This document shows positions 61,019 through 64,000 of a DNA stretch of 64,000 nucleotides, one piece after another. The stretch covers positions 2,215 through 66,214 of the forward strand of contig CAZHRU010000002.1 in the NCBI GenBank assembly GCA_964535015.1. The letters run 5' to 3'. The position numbers and the translations under genes are program-made. The stretch comes from an uncultured Verrucomicrobiota bacterium. GTDB taxonomy: Bacteria > Verrucomicrobiota > Kiritimatiellia > CAIKKV01 > CAITUY01. The notes beneath the pieces are model-generated. The model saw only the letters and a program-made list of their open reading frames with translations, was not told where the DNA came from and did no database searches. How positions within the stretch are numbered: the first letter of the stretch is position 1; each line of letters begins with the position of its first letter.

Positions 61019-62231
61019 GATCCGCATTCAGCAGCCGCTCTTCCAATTCCGCGATGACCCGGTCGTCATCCGTCTTCCCGGCACTCTCAAACGTCGCCGA
61101 GAACCGTAGGAACGACCCCGCATCGTCCCACGGAACCGTGGAAATCGAACTCTCACGGATCAGGTACTGCGAAGCGTCTTCCGCCGTGGCGAAGACCTTC
61201 ATCCCCGCCCCTTTCGGCGCCGGAACATACAGATAGAACGTCCCTCCCGGCATCTTCGCCTTGAACCCCACCCGCTTCAACACCTTGACCATCTTGCGCA
61301 ACCGCCGCTCGTAATGCCGCTTGATCTTGTCGGACAACGCCCGGTCAGCAATCCCGGCGCACGCCGCCAACTGGATGGCCTTGAATTGGCCGGAATCAAT
61401 ATTGTCCTTCACCTCGGCGTACGCCTGCACAATCCGGGGCGCCCCCGCCACAAACCCCAGCCGCCAGCCGGTCATGTTGTAACTCTTGCTCATCGAGTGC
61501 AACTCGATCGCCACGTCCTTCCCGCCCGGCCGGCTGAGAATGGACAACGGTTCACGCCCGTACACCAGCGTCGCATAGGCCGCATCCTGCACAATCAGGA
61601 TATTGTTCGCCTCCGCAAACGCAATCAACTCATCAAACAGGGCCTCCGATGGCGCCACCCCGGTGGGATTGTTCGGATAATTCACATACATCAACTTTGC
61701 CCGCCGCACCACGTCCGGATCGAGTTTGTCGAGCGCCGGATAGAACCCGTTCTCCTTGCGGAGCGGCATCTTGACGACTTCCCCGCCCAGGTAACGTGTG
61801 TGTGTGGCCAATACCGGATACCCCGGCACCGTCACCAGCGCCACATCCCCCGGATTGATGAAACACAACGGCAACATCGCCAACGCCGGCTTGGAGCCAA
61901 TACTGTGGGTGATTTCCGTTTCCGGATCGAGGCCCGCCACCCCGAAAAACTTGGCCATGTATTCCGCCGCCGCCACCTTGAATTCGCGAATCCCGTTGTC
62001 GGCATATCCGCGGTTCACCGGATCATCCACAGCCTTCTTCAGCGCCTTCCGGATCGGCGCCGGAGCCATCTGGTCCGGCTCCCCAACCCCGAAATCCAGC
62101 AGTTCCACGGCCGGCCGGGCCGCCCGCGCCGCCGCCTTGGCCCTCTTGATCTTCTCGAATTTGTAGATCTCGTTGCTGGTTCCAAACGCCGATCCGCCAA
62201 TCCGCTCCGCAAACAACTTCTGAAAATCCAT
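61008..62231 (-). CDS. dapL: Class I aminotransferase, probably LL-diaminopimelate aminotransferase (DapL2-type)
   Basis: Start trimmed to ATG 62231 (MDFQKLFAERIGGSAFGTSNEIYKFEKIKRAK..LDFGVGEPD), an N-terminus I associate with DapL-type enzymes. Motifs NYPNNPTG and the PLP-lysine motif SMSKSYNMTGWRLGF. Confidence 0.7.
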   Translation of the reverse strand: MDFQKLFAERIGGSAFGTSNEIYKFEKIKRAKAAARAARPAVELLDFGVGEPDQMAPAPIRKALKKAVDDPVNRGYADNGIREFKVAAAEYMAKFFGVAGLDPETEITHSIGSKPALAMLPLCFINPGDVALVTVPGYPVLATHTRYLGGEVVKMPLRKENGFYPALDKLDPDVVRRAKLMYVNYPNNPTGVAPSEALFDELIAFAEANNILIVQDAAYATLVYGREPLSILSRPGGKDVAIELHSMSKSYNMTGWRLGFVAGAPRIVQAYAEVKDNIDSGQFKAIQLAACAGIADRALSDKIKRHYERRLRKMVKVLKRVGFKAKMPGGTFYLYVPAPKGAGMKVFATAEDASQYLIRESSISTVPWDDAGSFLRFSATFESAGKTDDDRVIAELEERLLNADLRF

Positions 62232-62352
62232 GTCTCTCTCCCGGTTGCGATTCAACAAAACGCTTAACCATTACCCTGAACCGCCCCGCCAATCAACTCC
62301 CAAGTATTGACGCCGACCGATTTCAACGGCATCATAACCTCACAGGAGACCT

Positions 62353-63945
62353 ATGAGCGAATCACCGACAACCCCAGACACCAGCACCGCCACCCGCGAT
62401 GCCACCGCCTTGGTTCAGGCTATCGGGCAGTCCCTGAACATGGCCACCCTGTACGGAATGAACCATAAGGTTACCCGCACCTCCCTCGAGGGCAGTTACC
62501 CCGTCCTCAACCTTTTCATCGATCTGTACGGCCACCTCGATGTCAACGTCACCGAGGGCAGCCTTCTCATCAACGGCAATCCCTCGGAGGCGCCCTTGTC
62601 CGCCACCCTGGCCGCCAAACTGACCACCCATAACCTTCTGAGTTTCGAAATCGCCAAGGGATTCACCCTCGATGAATACCTCGCCCTCTTCACCATCCTG
62701 CTGACCTCGCCCAGCCAACTCGGCGGCCCCGCCTCATCCAAACTGAACGAAACCGGCGGATTCCTCCACATCCAGGCGCGTTCGGTTGAATACCGCCGCA
62801 TCGCTGAAGGCGAAACGATCCAGGATGCCTCATCCGGCGATTCCACCCCCCCGCCAGACCTGGATAACATCCTGGCCTTCCTGAAGGGAGATGAGAACGC
62901 CGACGCGCAACGCTCATCCGAGGATATCCTCCACCTCGCCGGCGATGCCGAAAAACTGGCCGACCTTATCCTGCGCACTGTTGAGGTCCGCGCTTCCGTT
63001 ACCAACATCTCGTCAGGCGAATCCCTGACCGATATCGTCGTCGGCACCATCGGCAAAATCGTCACCGAACTGACCAGCCCGGACAACATCCGTACCGAAA
63101 AAAGCCGCAAACAGGTCAAGCGCTCGCTGATGCTCCTGGAGAAGGTCGTCCTCCAGAAACTGCAACAATTCGCCGGACACGAGACTTCCGAGGCCGCCCA
63201 GGCCTTGCTCGACGAAGCCGCCGAAAGTCTGGACATGGAGAACATGGCTTCCAAGTTCCTCAAGAACAAAAAAGCCGCTGAGGAATCCAGCGACAAACTG
63301 CGCCGCCTGATCGCCCGGACAGGCGACGATCCTGAACAACTGGCCGCCCTGCACGAAACTCTCGCCAGCCGCGGACTTTCACAAGAAGGCTGGCAGGAAC
63401 TCATGATCACTCGCGAATCCTTGTCAAGGGCGGGCACCGGTGACTCCACCGATGGCTTGAACGACATCAAGACCCTGACCACGCTCCTGGCGAAACTCGG
63501 AGAGACCATCGCCCAGTCACACACCTCCCCTGCCCCCGAAACACTCCATGAACTGGCCGACGAAACCAACCGTCAGATGGAAACCCTGGCCAAGCGAGCC
63601 GAGAAGAAGATTTCCGCCCTCCGCCAGATGCTTGGCCAGGAGGCGCTAGATGCTTCGGGAAAACCAATTCCATTGTCGCGCAGGCAATTGATGGAGTTCA
63701 TGGCGGAAATCGGACAGGAACTCAGCCAACCCTTGACCGTGGTTTCAGCAACCATCGATATGCTCCGGGCCCAGCGTGCCGGAATCCTGACCGAAGCCCA
63801 AGGCGAACTGCTCACCATGACCGCCGACAGCACGGCCCGCCTTACCCATCTCGTGGATTGCCTGATCCGAATCGCCGGAAACCCGCACAACACCCACCCC
63901 GATCAGGCCATCTTGGATGTACTCCGCCACACATCGAATCCCTAA
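62353..63945 (+). CDS. Signalling-like protein: HD-GYP-associated-type N-terminal domain, long acidic coiled-coil middle, C-terminal DHp (HisKA)-like helix pair lacking the phospho-His and lacking an ATPase domain
   Basis: AGGAG RBS. The C-terminal FMAEIGQELSQPLTVVSATIDMLRAQ...LTEAQGELLTMTADSTARLTHLVDCLIRIA mirrors the H-box F.A..SHELRTPLT with Gln (codon 63715..63717) at the His position. The ORF ends 76 aa later with no HATPase_c. Confidence 0.7.
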   Translation: MSESPTTPDTSTATRDATALVQAIGQSLNMATLYGMNHKVTRTSLEGSYPVLNLFIDLYGHLDVNVTEGSLLINGNPSEAPLSATLAAKLTTHNLLSFEIAKGFTLDEYLALFTILLTSPSQLGGPASSKLNETGGFLHIQARSVEYRRIAEGETIQDASSGDSTPPPDLDNILAFLKGDENADAQRSSEDILHLAGDAEKLADLILRTVEVRASVTNISSGESLTDIVVGTIGKIVTELTSPDNIRTEKSRKQVKRSLMLLEKVVLQKLQQFAGHETSEAAQALLDEAAESLDMENMASKFLKNKKAAEESSDKLRRLIARTGDDPEQLAALHETLASRGLSQEGWQELMITRESLSRAGTGDSTDGLNDIKTLTTLLAKLGETIAQSHTSPAPETLHELADETNRQMETLAKRAEKKISALRQMLGQEALDASGKPIPLSRRQLMEFMAEIGQELSQPLTVVSATIDMLRAQRAGILTEAQGELLTMTADSTARLTHLVDCLIRIAGNPHNTHPDQAILDVLRHTSNP

Positions 63946-64000
63946 CCCATGGTCCGTAGTCCGAGCCTATTCCCTACCCCACACACCCGTCCTTGACGTG

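Overview
This is a gene-dense, high-GC chromosomal segment from a diderm bacterium. The gene content has a PVC/Verrucomicrobia-like flavour, but taxonomy cannot be settled from here. I support about 50 CDS and one tRNA(CAU). I saw no rRNA, CRISPR array, transposase, integrase or phage genes. All family calls are motif and architecture recognition done by eye on the supplied translations; no database search was run.

Housekeeping genes dominate:
- Transport and nitrogen: corA, amtB-glnK.
- Biosynthesis: aroB, coaX, nadC, thrC, a DapL-like aminotransferase, an AspC-like aminotransferase.
- Translation and RNA: pheS, alaS, rsmE, rsmI, pcnB.
- Other: ruvX, sppA, dnaJ, ridA.

The non-routine content is envelope and glycan oriented:
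1. **Beta-glucan locus, 3.7-16.2 kb (best candidate for an undescribed system).** One minus-strand gene string joins an OpgG / unknown tail-anchored protein / OpgH module to a lipoprotein that looks like a six-hairpin glycosidase. It also includes a 1998-aa protein in which a GH94 phosphorylase-type domain (RDQLQD, GDWND) sits behind a ~750-residue polytopic membrane block with no recognisable glycosyltransferase domain.
2. **Wzm/Wzt exporter.** It is followed by four tandem ~32-bp intergenic repeats.
3. **SGNH hydrolase plus a DUF2723 (TMEM260-like GT-C) protein fused to TPRs.**
4. **Three coupled GT4 genes** facing a B12-binding radical SAM gene.
5. **A 1779-aa tandem-95/Ig-repeat protein** with an embedded gingipain-like (clan CD-like) module, translationally coupled to a membrane-anchored HEAT-repeat protein.
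6. **A GDYXXLXY / DUF2157-like membrane pair.**
7. **Several degenerate or odd proteins:** a signal-peptide-bearing archaemetzincin-like protein with all catalytic residues replaced, a stand-alone corrinoid protein with a divergent PocR-AraC regulator, a two-domain NDK-like protein, and a DHp-only histidine-kinase-like protein with Gln in place of the phospho-His.
8. **A small lower-GC islet** encoding a coiled-coil/HARE-HTH-like protein with its own promoter and terminator.

Many long ORFs in the supplied track are antisense shadows of real genes, which is typical of high-GC DNA, and I rejected them.
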